DNA of 64,000 nt from the NCBI RefSeq assembly GCF_964188315.1, contig NC_135655.1, positions 84,568,001 through 84,632,000 of the forward strand. The letters are read 5' to 3'. The stretch is from Podarcis muralis. Its lineage: Eukaryota. Of this stretch, positions 40,050 through 51,500 are shown one piece after another. A program made the translations under genes and the position numbers. Every line of letters begins with the position of its first letter. Positions within the stretch are counted from its first letter, which is position 1. Under the pieces are notes generated by a model that saw nothing but the letters and a program-made list of their open reading frames with translations, was not told the DNA's origin and did no database searches.

Positions 40050-40237
40050 GGGAAGGGCCACAGCTCATTGGTCCAGCCTGTGCTTTTCACGTGGAAAGTT
40101 CAATCCCAGGCATCTCCAGGTAGGCCTGAGAATGTCCGCTTTCTGAAACCCTGCTGTGTTGCTGCCAGTCAGTGTACACAACAGGGAGCTAGATGGACTA
40201 TAGGTCTGACTCAGTAAAAGGCAGTTTCCTATGTTCC
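40050..40237 (+). mobile_element. tRNA-derived SINE (Squam3-like)
   Basis: gggaagggccacagctc...ttcaatcccaggcatctccaggtagg...gctgccagtcagtgta...tcagtaaaaggcagtttcctatgttcc resembles the common squamate SINE consensus as I recall it. Confidence 0.65.
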
Positions 40238-40940
40238 CAGAGGTTTTGCTCCTGTGTGAAAGCTGGTTGATCTATTCCCGTTAGTGTAACTATCACCCGT
40301 TTCAGAAAATTTCATTGCCGTGAACTATAAGAGGCTGGCACTGTGAAAAGTTTAACCTGGAGCAGGGAAGGGGGAACCTGGAGCCCTTTAGTTGCTGGAC
40401 TCCAGGGCTATCAGCTGTCATCAGCATGGTCAAACAGTTAGGGATGATGGGAGTTAAAGTCATACAATATCTGAAGTGCCACACAGGTTCTCCACCCCAG
40501 TTCCAGAATTTAGAGATGTATGTGTGGTTCTAACCGGTACAACTCGCTATGTAAGCTGAAACAGGGGGGGGGGGGGGACTGCCAGGCAGCATCAGAACCT
40601 CATAGCCCCATGTGATTTGTCTTTGCCAAGGAACAGTATCAAGGGCCCCAGAAGAATGGAAAGACCTCCACTCTTGGCAAGTGTAAAAGAACATTCTTTG
40701 TTTAAGGACAGTGTCACCGCTTCACTACCAGTTTCCTTTTTCCCACAGTGACCTACCCGCTGTAAATCCCCAACCCATTCGCAACCTGACCAGGCCTACC
40801 TTATTGTGAAAGGACGAACTGTCCTGGCTGCATGGTGGGCACAGTTCTAAGGTCTTGCAGGTGTCCGTTCACACCTGCACAGGCCCAGTTGCTGCCAGAT
40901 AGGAAGGGACAGGGAAAGGAACTCTGCAGCAGCCTAGCAT

Positions 40941-41001
40941 CCAATTCCGTTGCTGATTAACAGCAGCAGCCAATGGGATGCTCCAGCCAATTATGATGTC
41001 A
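40941..41001. promoter_or_regulatory. Candidate promoter of copy B (three CCAAT boxes plus CRE-like TGATGTCA)
   Basis: CCAAT at 40941, 40970 and 40987 and TGATGTCA at 40994, ~1.4 kb upstream of the copy B ATG. Function inferred only. Confidence 0.35.
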
Positions 41002-41682
41002 TCTCTTTGTATTTTTCACTTGGGAGATTATAAAATTAGCCACACATGGGACGGAAGAGGAAGAAATAGAAGGATGCCCTTGGCCCATGTTGCTGATCTT
41101 GCATAATTATGATATCCATAATTATGAACTATTATATCCATAATTCTTATTTCCCCCACTCATGCCTGAAAGGCACTGGCAGGCAACAGAAGTACTTCCA
41201 AGATGATGCTAATCATGAGGACCGAAGCAAAGCTTCCTAGAGGGATGCTTCTGTATAACATAAGGAGAAGATGGTGCTACTCCCTTGCCAATTTCTCTAG
41301 GAAACATCTGCACAATCCACCTGCTATGTGTCATCATGAATTTCAACACTGCCGCCCCATTGTCACCCTCCATTAGGGTTGTTGGGTTCCAGTTTCAAGT
41401 TTCAGAGCATTAGATGTCTTCTGGGGCATCCGGAAACAGAACCTTCCCTTTAATAAAAGCTGCAGGGGAGATGGTGGTTCAAATCAGAGTGACGACTATG
41501 ATGGGAGAGTGGAGCATAGTCTTCCCTGCCTGCAATCTTTTTCAATGAAAGTAGAGAGACAGGCAGCTGCACACCCAGCTGCTATTTGCTCCAATCAGGG
41601 AAACATACAGGTGCTATAACAGGTGGCAGGGGTGCGGTGAGGGAAATTTTCTTTAGAAAAACTGCATGAGGAGAAAATGTAT

Positions 41683-42287
41683 TGTTAGGAGTTAGTGAGG
41701 GAGCAGGGGTCCCCCATATCCCTGGGTGCCAGATTCCCCCCTCTAGATTATTGGGTGCTGGGGTGTAATCAGAGTTGACAGGCTGAGCTTGCTTTTTTGA
41801 CAGACAGAGGGGCAGAGGGAGATGGTGGTCCTGCCATTAAGCCATCTACAAGAGACACAGGTAACTGAGGGGGAGGTTGCCAGGGCAACATGAGCATGGT
41901 GTCACACAGGAAAATTGTCACCTTTTAAAACTAGGCTTGGAAAAGCAGGGAGAAGGGGAGCAGTTGGTTGGCAAAGAGAAGGAGAAGCAGGAAATAGGTA
42001 GAACTCCATGCAGAGGCTGAAAGAGAACCATTCTGGCAGGCTGGGACAGAGGCATGGGAATGGTTTGCAGGATTCCTTAGGCTCCAACGCTGCTCTGCTG
42101 CAGGGAACAAACCCCTCTTGAGATGTGAATGCTCTAAACTCTGCACTCCCTCCATTGAACGCTTCTGGTGTAAATATGTGTAGAATAAACCATATTTGTT
42201 AAAGATAGAACAGACTCCTACACACCTTGATTCCCTGGAATCTTGCTACCTACTGCTCAGCAGAGATTGGGGGTCGATATTGTAACA
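41683..42287 (+). mobile_element. Solo LTR-like element
   Basis: TGTTA...TAACA termini, AATAAA near the 3' end, flanks GTAT/ATAT; 3' part resembles 62682-63100. Confidence 0.6.
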
Positions 42288-43089
42288 ATATGTGTGTTTT
42301 TCTCCTTTTTAACTGCCCAACCAGCTGCTGTGAATTTGTTTAAACAGGGAGAGGGAGAGAGATCCCACATCTTTCACATCACATATCGTTTGACTCTTTG
42401 GAATCTCCAAGGCAAAGAGTAAAATCTCAGGCTGAGGCTCCAGCACACAAACAGGGATGGGCTATTTTCTGCTTTTTGACATATTTTTTTCTGTTACCAC
42501 CTACCCACGACCCATGTCTATCAGGTTCTGCACATCTACACCCACAGCAGAATGAAGCAGCAGTCTCAGAGGTGGGAAAGTGGACTGATCCACCTCAGAA
42601 TGCAGGTGGGGTGCCATTTTTAATGGTTTACCATGTTTGAAAATGAACACCACAGTGCCCTTCATGTAGAAACTAAACTGTTTTATCAATGAGTCTGGTT
42701 CTAATTCTGTCTGCTTCCTGCTGTCTTCATTTTCTTATTTCAGGAAGCTTTCCCCCACCCACCTTTAGTTGAAGTACTACAGCGGCTCAGACCCCAGTAT
42801 CTCAAAGACCACTTCTCCCCATATGAACCGACCTGGACCCTGCAGTTGTCATCCTTCTGTGGGAAATCCAGAGGGTGGCAACATGAGAATGGGCAAGTAG
42901 TTCAGAGAAAGCTCAGAAAATCCCAACCACTGTGTGATATACCCAACACCTAATATAGGATCCATAGTTGTGTTCATGGTACAGAATGTGGTACAGAACC
43001 CCTGCTGTTCCAATGTCAGAAACAATGAGGTGTGCAGGCCATCCAGCGGTTACACCAGTGGTTTTCATCCCATAATAGAACCACAAATC

Positions 43090-43120
43090 ATTACATTACA
43101 TTACATTACATTACATTACA
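43090..43120. repeat. (ATTAC)n microsatellite
   Basis: Visible pentamer run. Confidence 0.9.
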
Positions 43121-43458
43121 TCCACCCCCACCCCCACTTATCTATATTCCAAACCTTTGCTTTCAATCTTTGACAGTAAACAGAAAATGCTTTTAATTTT
43201 GAAACAGAAATGGCCTCTAATGCCAGCAAGCTATGCCAGCGAAGTGTCCAATGAGCTGCAGATGTGGTCCATTTACAAACTTTTTTTCCAAATTGCAACA
43301 CTTGGGATTTGCTGGCTCGCTCACAATCTGGAACATAGCACCACCTGTCGGCAGTAGCTTCCAGGACCTTGCAGGCTAGTCTCAAGCAGCTTCTATGTCC
43401 TTGGCTTTTAAATGAAATTACAGCAGAACACAACCTGGAAAATTTTTCACTTCCACCC

Positions 43459-43464
43459 TTTATT
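43459..43464 (-). terminator. Candidate poly(A) signal, copy A long exon
   Basis: AATAAA 45 nt downstream of TAG at 43509. Confidence 0.55.
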
Positions 43465-43508
43465 ATGCATCTCTCCAGCTTCCGGGGATTTATAAGGTTC
43501 TCCTTGGT

Positions 43509-44869
43509 CTAGGAGTTATAGGAGCAGCTGGAAGGGGAGGTCAGGGGAGAGGAGAAACTGCCCCTGCCAGGGATCCTATTTACTCTGCCCAGGAGCCTGC
43601 TGGAGATATCTGGGAGATGAGGTGTCATTCCCCCTCCTGTCCAGTAGGCTCCTCTTGGGATGTGTGCATGGATTGCTCTGCCGACGCATGGATTCCTGTC
43701 CCCTCTGGGCCAGTTGGAATGGTCTACAAATATATGGTTTCCACACAGGAAAGGGTTGCCTCCACTAGGCAGCTGCCTCACCCCTCTCTGAGGCGGGTTG
43801 TTTATGTTTGGGAGCTGGCTTATACTGCTTGCCCACTTGTCTCCTTCTGAAACTGGCTCTTTGGAAGGCTGGTGCCCTCTGCACAAAAGCTTCCTCGTTC
43901 CGTCCAGGAATTTCCTCATGCCTCCCAGAAGCCCTTCCGAGGCCTCCACTGGCTGCTTCCTGGCTCCATTTGGTCCCTGGCCCTGCTCCTCAGAAGGCAC
44001 AGCTGGCGGAGTACTTCCAGTTGTCACCCTAAGGGAGGCAGGTGATGCTTCATTGAGACCCGAAGACGGCCTGCTTCCAGAAGCCAACCTGTAGCCAGCA
44101 GGTCCTTGAGCATCTTCAGCATCTCCAGAAGATGGATCCAGAGGGTCGTGGGACTCACTGCATCTGGGATGTGAGATGCAGTCCCTCTGAGGGTTATTCC
44201 AACCCTCAAATTCAGGAGTCGGGGCATCTTTAAGCTGCGATTCATTCTGCTGCAGGGGCCACTCATACACAGGTGAGTACTCACATTCATACGGAGACTC
44301 GTACACTGGGGAGTCCTTGCAAGTATAGTGCGTTTCGTATATTGGAGGGGTATCGTAGCCGTATTGCCATTCATACACAGAAGAGTTGTCAAACCTGTAC
44401 TGAGACTTTGGTCCAGAGGTCTCATATATGCACGGCGAATCAGATGGAGAGATGTCATCATCGTACTGTGACTCATAAATGGGGGAGTATCCGCAGCTAT
44501 ACCGAGGGTCATATATGGTAGAAAACTCATATGCATTTTGAGACTCGTACACAGGAGAGGCTCCATTTTTCTTCACAGGAGATGAGCATCTGGAAGGCAT
44601 CTCGTAAGCTGTGTAAGAGCTGCATCCATACTGCTCTTCATACGTGGAAGACGAAGGATAGGCTGAAGGCACCTCATCTTTCACCACCTCATAGACTGCA
44701 CATGGGTTCTTCCACCTTTCGTAGGACTCAAATCCCCCAAGAGCCTCATCATCTTCATCATACCCCGGCCCCAATCCATTTCCATCATTCTCCTTGTATT
44801 CTGGGACCGACTCATACTCCGTCTGCATTTCACTGCCCACTGCTTCTATGTTGTTGCTTTCGTTTTCAC
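43509..44869 (-). CDS. Large alternative terminal coding exon of copy A (Tyr/Ser/Pro/Glu-rich repeats; long isoform ~658 aa)
   Basis: 1361-nt open frame after a pyrimidine-rich acceptor (tttgtttctgtggtcattgtag|GT GAA AAC). Its phase 1 matches the donor at 47090. AATAAA lies 45 nt past the stop (43459-43464). The link to copy A is inferred. Confidence 0.65.
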
Positions 44870-46025
44870 CTACAATGACCACAGAAACAAAAAACGTTGG
44901 GTTATGGAAAACGAGCAAGGTCCCAAATAAAGAAGAATGGCAACTTAAGCTGACGGAATATGCACAGCTTGCAGACTTAACATATAGACTAAGAGAACAA
45001 GAAGAACATACGGTTAGAGAAGATTGAAAAATGTTTATTGAATATATGGGGGGAACTGTGTACACTTGAAAATGCTGGCAGCATTAAGATAAATTCAACA
45101 GTGTAAATAAGTTTTGATGGATGTAAAAATGGAATACTGAATGGTTTAGTTTATGTAAAATATGCAGGGATTTATGATATGCAGAATGAACCATGGAAAG
45201 AGAAGAAGGGAAGTCATTGATATTTTAAGGATGTTTAAATGAGTATTCTAAATTGTAAAACAGAAAATCTAATAAAAATTATATATATATATGTAAAAAC
45301 CCGTTGGGTTATTTCTTTTTAATAAGCAATTCATTTCCCAAGACAAGGTTCAGCACTCCTAATACTTTCACCAATAGAAAGGGCACCGCTGGTGGGGAAC
45401 AAATTTCCATCCAGACCAGGGATGGTTAGGCTGTAGAGCTCCAGGTGTTGTTGGACTACAACTCCCACCATCCATGCTGGCTGGGACTGGTGAAGGTTGA
45501 AATCCGACAACCTCTGGAGAGCCACAGGTTAATAACCTCTGAAGTAGACAAGTCCCCAGCACTAGGAAGTAAAAGAGCCTGCTTTTTTAATTCATTCATT
45601 CCCATATCAAGAAAGAGGCTTACTGATGCTGAGGTACTTAACCAAAGAGTTGGAAGAACTCAGTCATGGTGGGCGAACACCAGAATCGTTTCCAGTCACA
45701 GAATTCTTGCCCCATACATAGTTTTGACATAACTTTTTCATAAGACCAGTATCTGCTCTAATGACCCATCATTATTTCTAAGATGAACCGAGAACGTATC
45801 AGACAGCGAGCCACAGCCTTTCCCAACCTGCTACCCTCCAGATGTTACTGGACTGCAATTCCCATCAGCACCAGACAACATAGCCAACAGTCAGAGATTA
45901 CAGGTATCATGGGCCCCGTGCTGCCAGCCAGGATGGGACGGGAATGCCAGAGAATGATCCAGAAGTCGGGGTGGAGAAAGTTCAGGCAGTGACTTGGGAG
46001 AGGGTCTTGCCCCACTGTTTTCATG

Positions 46026-48527
46026 TCACGATAAGGAAGAGGAGAATGAAGCTACCAGAGTAGCTGAGGAGGCAGCTGGCCAATCAGTGGAGCCAGGTGA
46101 AGTGGAGGTGGAGGAAGAGTCAGTGTTGAACTCGGGTCGCATTTCCAAAGATGTGCCATTGTATGCACCTGTATGGACAGCTCCTTCTCCCTGTAGGAGC
46201 GCATGCTCCCAAGCTCAGTCTTCTTGCTTGGAATGAGAATAGCATGAATGGCAGGCGCGCACACACTTTAAAAGTAGAACGAGAGCATCATGTCAGTTGC
46301 TGGGACAATGCCTGTGCTTATGCCTATTTTTGTGTTAGAAAGATGTACTCTGTACTTTGAGCTAATGCTGAAACCATGTGCTGATTTCATAAATTAACTT
46401 TCCCCAAGCTGAGAGAGTCTGAGTATTGTTTCCAAAGGTGGGAGCCATGACAATGAACTTTACAGTGCTTTAAGGGTGGTTCACTCCTACCCCTTTACTT
46501 ATGGAGAAGGGGGTGTCTAATCCATATGAGGATTTGTTGGTATAGTACAGTGTTAAAGTGGGATGCGGGTGGTGCTGTGGGTTAAACCACAGAGCCTAGG
46601 ACTTGCCGATCAGAAGGTCAGCAGTTCGAATCCCCACGCAGGGTGAACTCCCGTTGCTTGGTCCCTGCTCCTGCCAACCTAGCAGTTAGAAAGCACATCA
46701 AAGTGCAAGTAGATAAATAGGTACCGTTCTGGCGGGAAGGTAAACGGCGTTTCTGTGCACTGCTCTGGGTTGCCAGAAGCAGCTTAGTCATGCTGGCCAC
46801 ATGACCCAGAAGCTGTATGCCAGCTCCCTCGGCCAATAAAGTGAGATGAGCGCCGCAACCCCAGTCGGTCACGACTGGACCTAATGGTCAGGGGTCCCTT
46901 TACCTTTACCTTTACAGTGTTAAAAGATGATAGTTTAATTAACATCAAATACAAAAGTGCAATCTGTAGCCAGGACAAAAAGACTCAGGCCTCATACTTT
47001 ATTCTGTACCTGCCTGTGAATAACAGGTTGCTCTGGAATAATTCCGAGCTCTATGAACTTTACTGTGGCCCCAAATCATTTCTTCCTACCTGAAGCCTCA
47101 GCAGATTTTATCTCTCTATCATCCTTAGCTTCTACTTGTTCAGAATCTTTATCTGCAGACCTGGAAAATCAACACACTGGAGTTACCCAGTGGAAAGCAA
47201 ACAGATGGACATCCTTTCCCCATCTACCACAACGATGGCTGCTTTAAAAATCTATCAGTGCCCTTTTTAGATTCTGGACACATCTAGAAGATATGGGGCT
47301 ATAGCTCATGTCTTTTAGCTACTACCTAGCAGCAGAAGGCATGACACCCCCATACTCACGGTTTTCACATCCCTTGCAAGCAGCAGCAGCAAATGAAGTG
47401 AGGGGGGAACAGGGGAACTCTGAGCATGATGACATATTGTCACATGTCAGCTTTTACCAGATCCTGAGGTGGGGGGGGGGCACCTATCGGAAATGCAGAT
47501 CTATATCTGTATCTGTACATGGCAGAGCCATGTATCCCCAGCGCAACCCAGCAACCCAGATGCTTAGAAGGTTGAGGTAATTTTCATCTGCTTTAGTATT
47601 TTAACTTTTGTATCTTTTCAAGTATGGTTGTGATATAATCAAGCAGTGTACAAACTTTATGAAATAATATAAAAAAAAAGATTTAGTTCTGTCCTTCAGA
47701 TTTTTTCCATATAAGGATACATCTTTCTGGGTACTTTTTGGCTTAACCCTGCATAACCCTTGGCATCTCATTGCCAGATGCTGGGGAGAGAGGTTCCTAG
47801 GTTTTCTGAGGGCTTCCCTGCTGGGAGTTCCCTGCTGATAGACTAATGCTGGAAATGACCTGAGCTTGCTGTGCACATGCACCTCTGCCTTGAACCACTT
47901 CTTAGCTCTGTTGACCAGCAGCTACTAGGCCATCCCATCTCTGCTTCCCCTTGCATTCAGGGACAGCAGAGGCACAACTCATACCTTTTCCTGCTTATTA
48001 TGTTTCTTAAACTGAAGACTTTGGGATCAAGAGAGAAGAAACATAGTGATCTTTTGGGTCCAAATGTTATTGAAACACCTGCAAAAGAAGATGACAAATT
48101 CATTGCTGGGAACTTATGACCAATGCTAGCAGGCAACTGAGGTTTTCACTACGCTACTGTCCAGTTGCCAGTCATCCCTGCATCCCGTCAGATAGTATCC
48201 TCCAAAGGATGGTTATCTCTTTTTCCTTCAGGACAACCCCTGCCCAAGGCAGTTTGCCTTGTGGACTACAAGTGACCCTAAGCCACTCTGTGTCAGGCCT
48301 CTGAGTCTAGCCTTGATGTTTGAAAGTACTTAAAAGGATGTGCTCTTAGTCACCCAAATGAGAGCTGGAGAAACCCCTTTTATGTTCTTAGTGTATGTTC
48401 CTAATCTTCTAGTTTGAACTCTGAAGCTAGTTTCCTCTGCCTATCCAAGAGCACGTGACAGTGGAACTCAGTGCAAGCTCACACCTGTAGGGGAAAGTTT
48501 ACCTGAAAAAGGGTCTCAGCACTGCAT

Positions 48528-48573
<46 letters not shown>

Positions 48574-51500
48574 CACACACATGGAGTGGGGACTCACCCA
48601 GTCCTCTGCTCCTACTAGGGAACTGGCTAGGAGACCGGAGCACAATGGTCTATCCTATCTACAAGATGATACCTTCCCAATTCTATGTTCAAAAGCTGGC
48701 TAGACAGGCAGTTTAATCCTGCTGCAATGCTGGTGATGGGACAGAGTCCTCCTCCACACCACACCCTCCAACATTTCTCCGATGAAAATTGAGACGTCGC
48801 ATTCCATAATGATAATTTTACTATTTATACCCCACACATCTTACCCAGCCAGCCCCAGCCACTCTGGGCAGTTTCCAACATATATAAATATATAATAAAA
48901 CATTAAACTTTTTTTTAAAAAAAGCTTTCCTATATAGGATTGCCTTCAGACGGCTCAGGAGCTGGATAACTCCATACCCTCCAACATTTCTCCAATAAAA
49001 AGGAAAAGCGGGACATTCCAGGATCAAACCAGAAACAGGGATAACTTATCTAAATCAGGGATGTCCCTGGAAAATAGGGACACTTGGAGGGTCTGCCACC
49101 CCTGAGGGAGAAGGCTAAGAGAGAGGGTGCAGGCCAGGCCACGCAGAACACAGCTGGGTCCACTCTCTGCCCAGAGGCAGCTCTCACTCTACCTAATGAT
49201 AGGGCCATCCCTGGAGAATGGAAACAAGGTTTCTTTAACAACATGTAGGCTTTCTGCGCATTTAATCAATGCTACAAAGGGCCCTAATACACATTGATTG
49301 AAAAGCGGAGGAGTGGAAAACATTGGGGAGAGGGGGAACCTGCTACCCTACCCCTTGCAATCACCTGTGACTGAAAGACTGGCCCACGATATGGCAAAGC
49401 ATAAATTTGAAAATAGATTTCCTCCTCCCTTGTTGAAATTCAGCGTTTTGTCCACTGTGCCATACTGACTAGCAGAAGCAGCAAGTGAAAAGGTTCAGAG
49501 CTCAACTGGAGAAAACTGGAGAGCCAGACTAGCTACTAGAGAAATGGAGGTCAGCCCCCACAACAAGGAAAGATTTGGCAGGGAGGGGGGAGGAAGGACT
49601 CCTAACATCTCCCATAACAGAAGGAGAAAAGCTGAGAGGAGGTTACAGCCGACAGATCAGAAGGCAGAAGAATGGCAGAAGCATTCCAGGTTAGATAGAG
49701 GGATTCACATTTAAAGGTTGGTAACATCCTACCTGAGTCTTCTGAAATGGAGATGGAAAATAAGGGGCCTCGTAAGTACCATGGGACGTCTTCCTCCTTT
49801 TTGGCTGAGAAAGCAGAAGAGTGGGGATAAAATTCAACTCATGGCAACAGCAAGTGGCTTTATGGGCAAACTTAAGTCATTGCAATGCTGGAGTTGCTTT
49901 CTTTTTTATTGCAACCTCCACCACCACTCACTGCTGTTCTATCTGTTTAGAACCATCTCCCCTTTATTATCTACTTCTTTGTCAATTTCCTCTTTGGGGC
50001 CTTTTTAGGTGTTTAAAAACTGACCTTTGTAAACAGCTACATCAACCGTCCCAGATTTGAGTGTTACAGTGGAGGGATGTTCAGACTTTAAATACATGGA
50101 ATTCTGTTACTGCTACTATGAAATAAAATAATAATAACAGAAATGAAATACAACTCCTGCTACTACTGCCAGCCACAATGACTTCTGCTACTGCAAAATA
50201 GTAGCAACCACAGGGACAATAATGACAACATTGTTTTGGTTTCCTAAACAAACGGCTGTTAGTAGTTGCAGAATCTACCAAAGAAATTTGGTTGTTTTTT
50301 TGAAGTCTAATTTTCCACTAAGCTATGGTCCACGTTCAGCCTGGTAGAACTCCAGTGGGTGAGTAGATCTCCTGTCAATGGGAACCACAAGAAAACTGCA
50401 AACACTAAAGCAGGCCCTCCAGCTGTTTTGGGACTACAATTCCCATCATCCCTGACCACTGGTCCTATTAGCTAGGGATGATGGGAGTTGTAGTCCCAAA
50501 ACAGCTGGAGGACTGAGTTTGGGGATGCCTGCACTAAAGGACAGAGTTCACAGTTTTTACAGACAGATACCCAAGAGGAAAGGGTGGAGTGAGGCAAAGG
50601 GATCCTGAAATTCTTTATTCCTGGGGACTGTGGCCCTTTATCTCAACATAACAACCCTTCAGTAACAAAGTCTAAATCTTAGCTATCAAAACACAATCCA
50701 GATAAGAATGACGCTTACCAGCATAAGAGTCTGAGCTGCCAAACATCTCTCGGAAAACCTCCCAAGGGCTGCGGAAGGTGAATTTCAAATCGTCTCCTTC
50801 AGGAACTGCTGGGGTAGTAACATGATTTGCAAACACATCACTGAAGTCCTGGGATGCTCCCACTGTATAATTTTTATGAAGAAAAAAATGGAGAAGCCCC
50901 TTCCCTTTCTGTGTAGCCAGGATGAGTAGTCTGTGACTGGTGCTCCTTTGTGAAACACTCATGAAACCCACCTCTCCACTCGGCACAAGGGATTCTGTGT
51001 GAGCTGGTCACAACTGATGGGAGTTTTAATACAAGGTATCCAGAGGGGAGGGGTCTCCTTTGGGCTCCAGTTCTGGGTTCAAAATAAGATGCCATATGCC
51101 CTATATGTGAGGTTTGTGGGCCTTAGAAGAAAGATGTGTGAAATAGTAGAGAAAGTGTTGTGTATTCAGTGGTCTGTGTTTGCCTGAGCTTGAGTCTGGA
51201 CTAACGAGTCTGAGCCCCTGTGTTCTGATTCGATACATGATAGCCAATCACAGAACATTTCAGGATTTGGGCCTCTGTCATTGGCCCTTAAATTCTGACT
51301 TATGATTCGCAGCTTGGGAGTTTAGACAGCCAATCACATTGGGAGTAGGAGTGGCCCAGGCCTTCAGAAATGTATATAAGCAGTTGCTTTGCGCCTGTTG
51401 TCCCATTCTGTTAGTTCAATAAAGGTTCTTGCTGTTATCACTGTGTCTTGCCTTGTGGGAACCCACCTACGCTTCAGAAAGAATATTGTTACAAAAGCTG

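Noticed and set aside
47371-47463. Exon-like block with a gtgagt donor in copy A
   Set aside because: Stops in all frames; the exon-7 equivalent fits 48078-47985 instead.
48598-48660. Exon-like block with a gtgagt donor next to (CA)n
   Set aside because: In-frame stop in the required phase.
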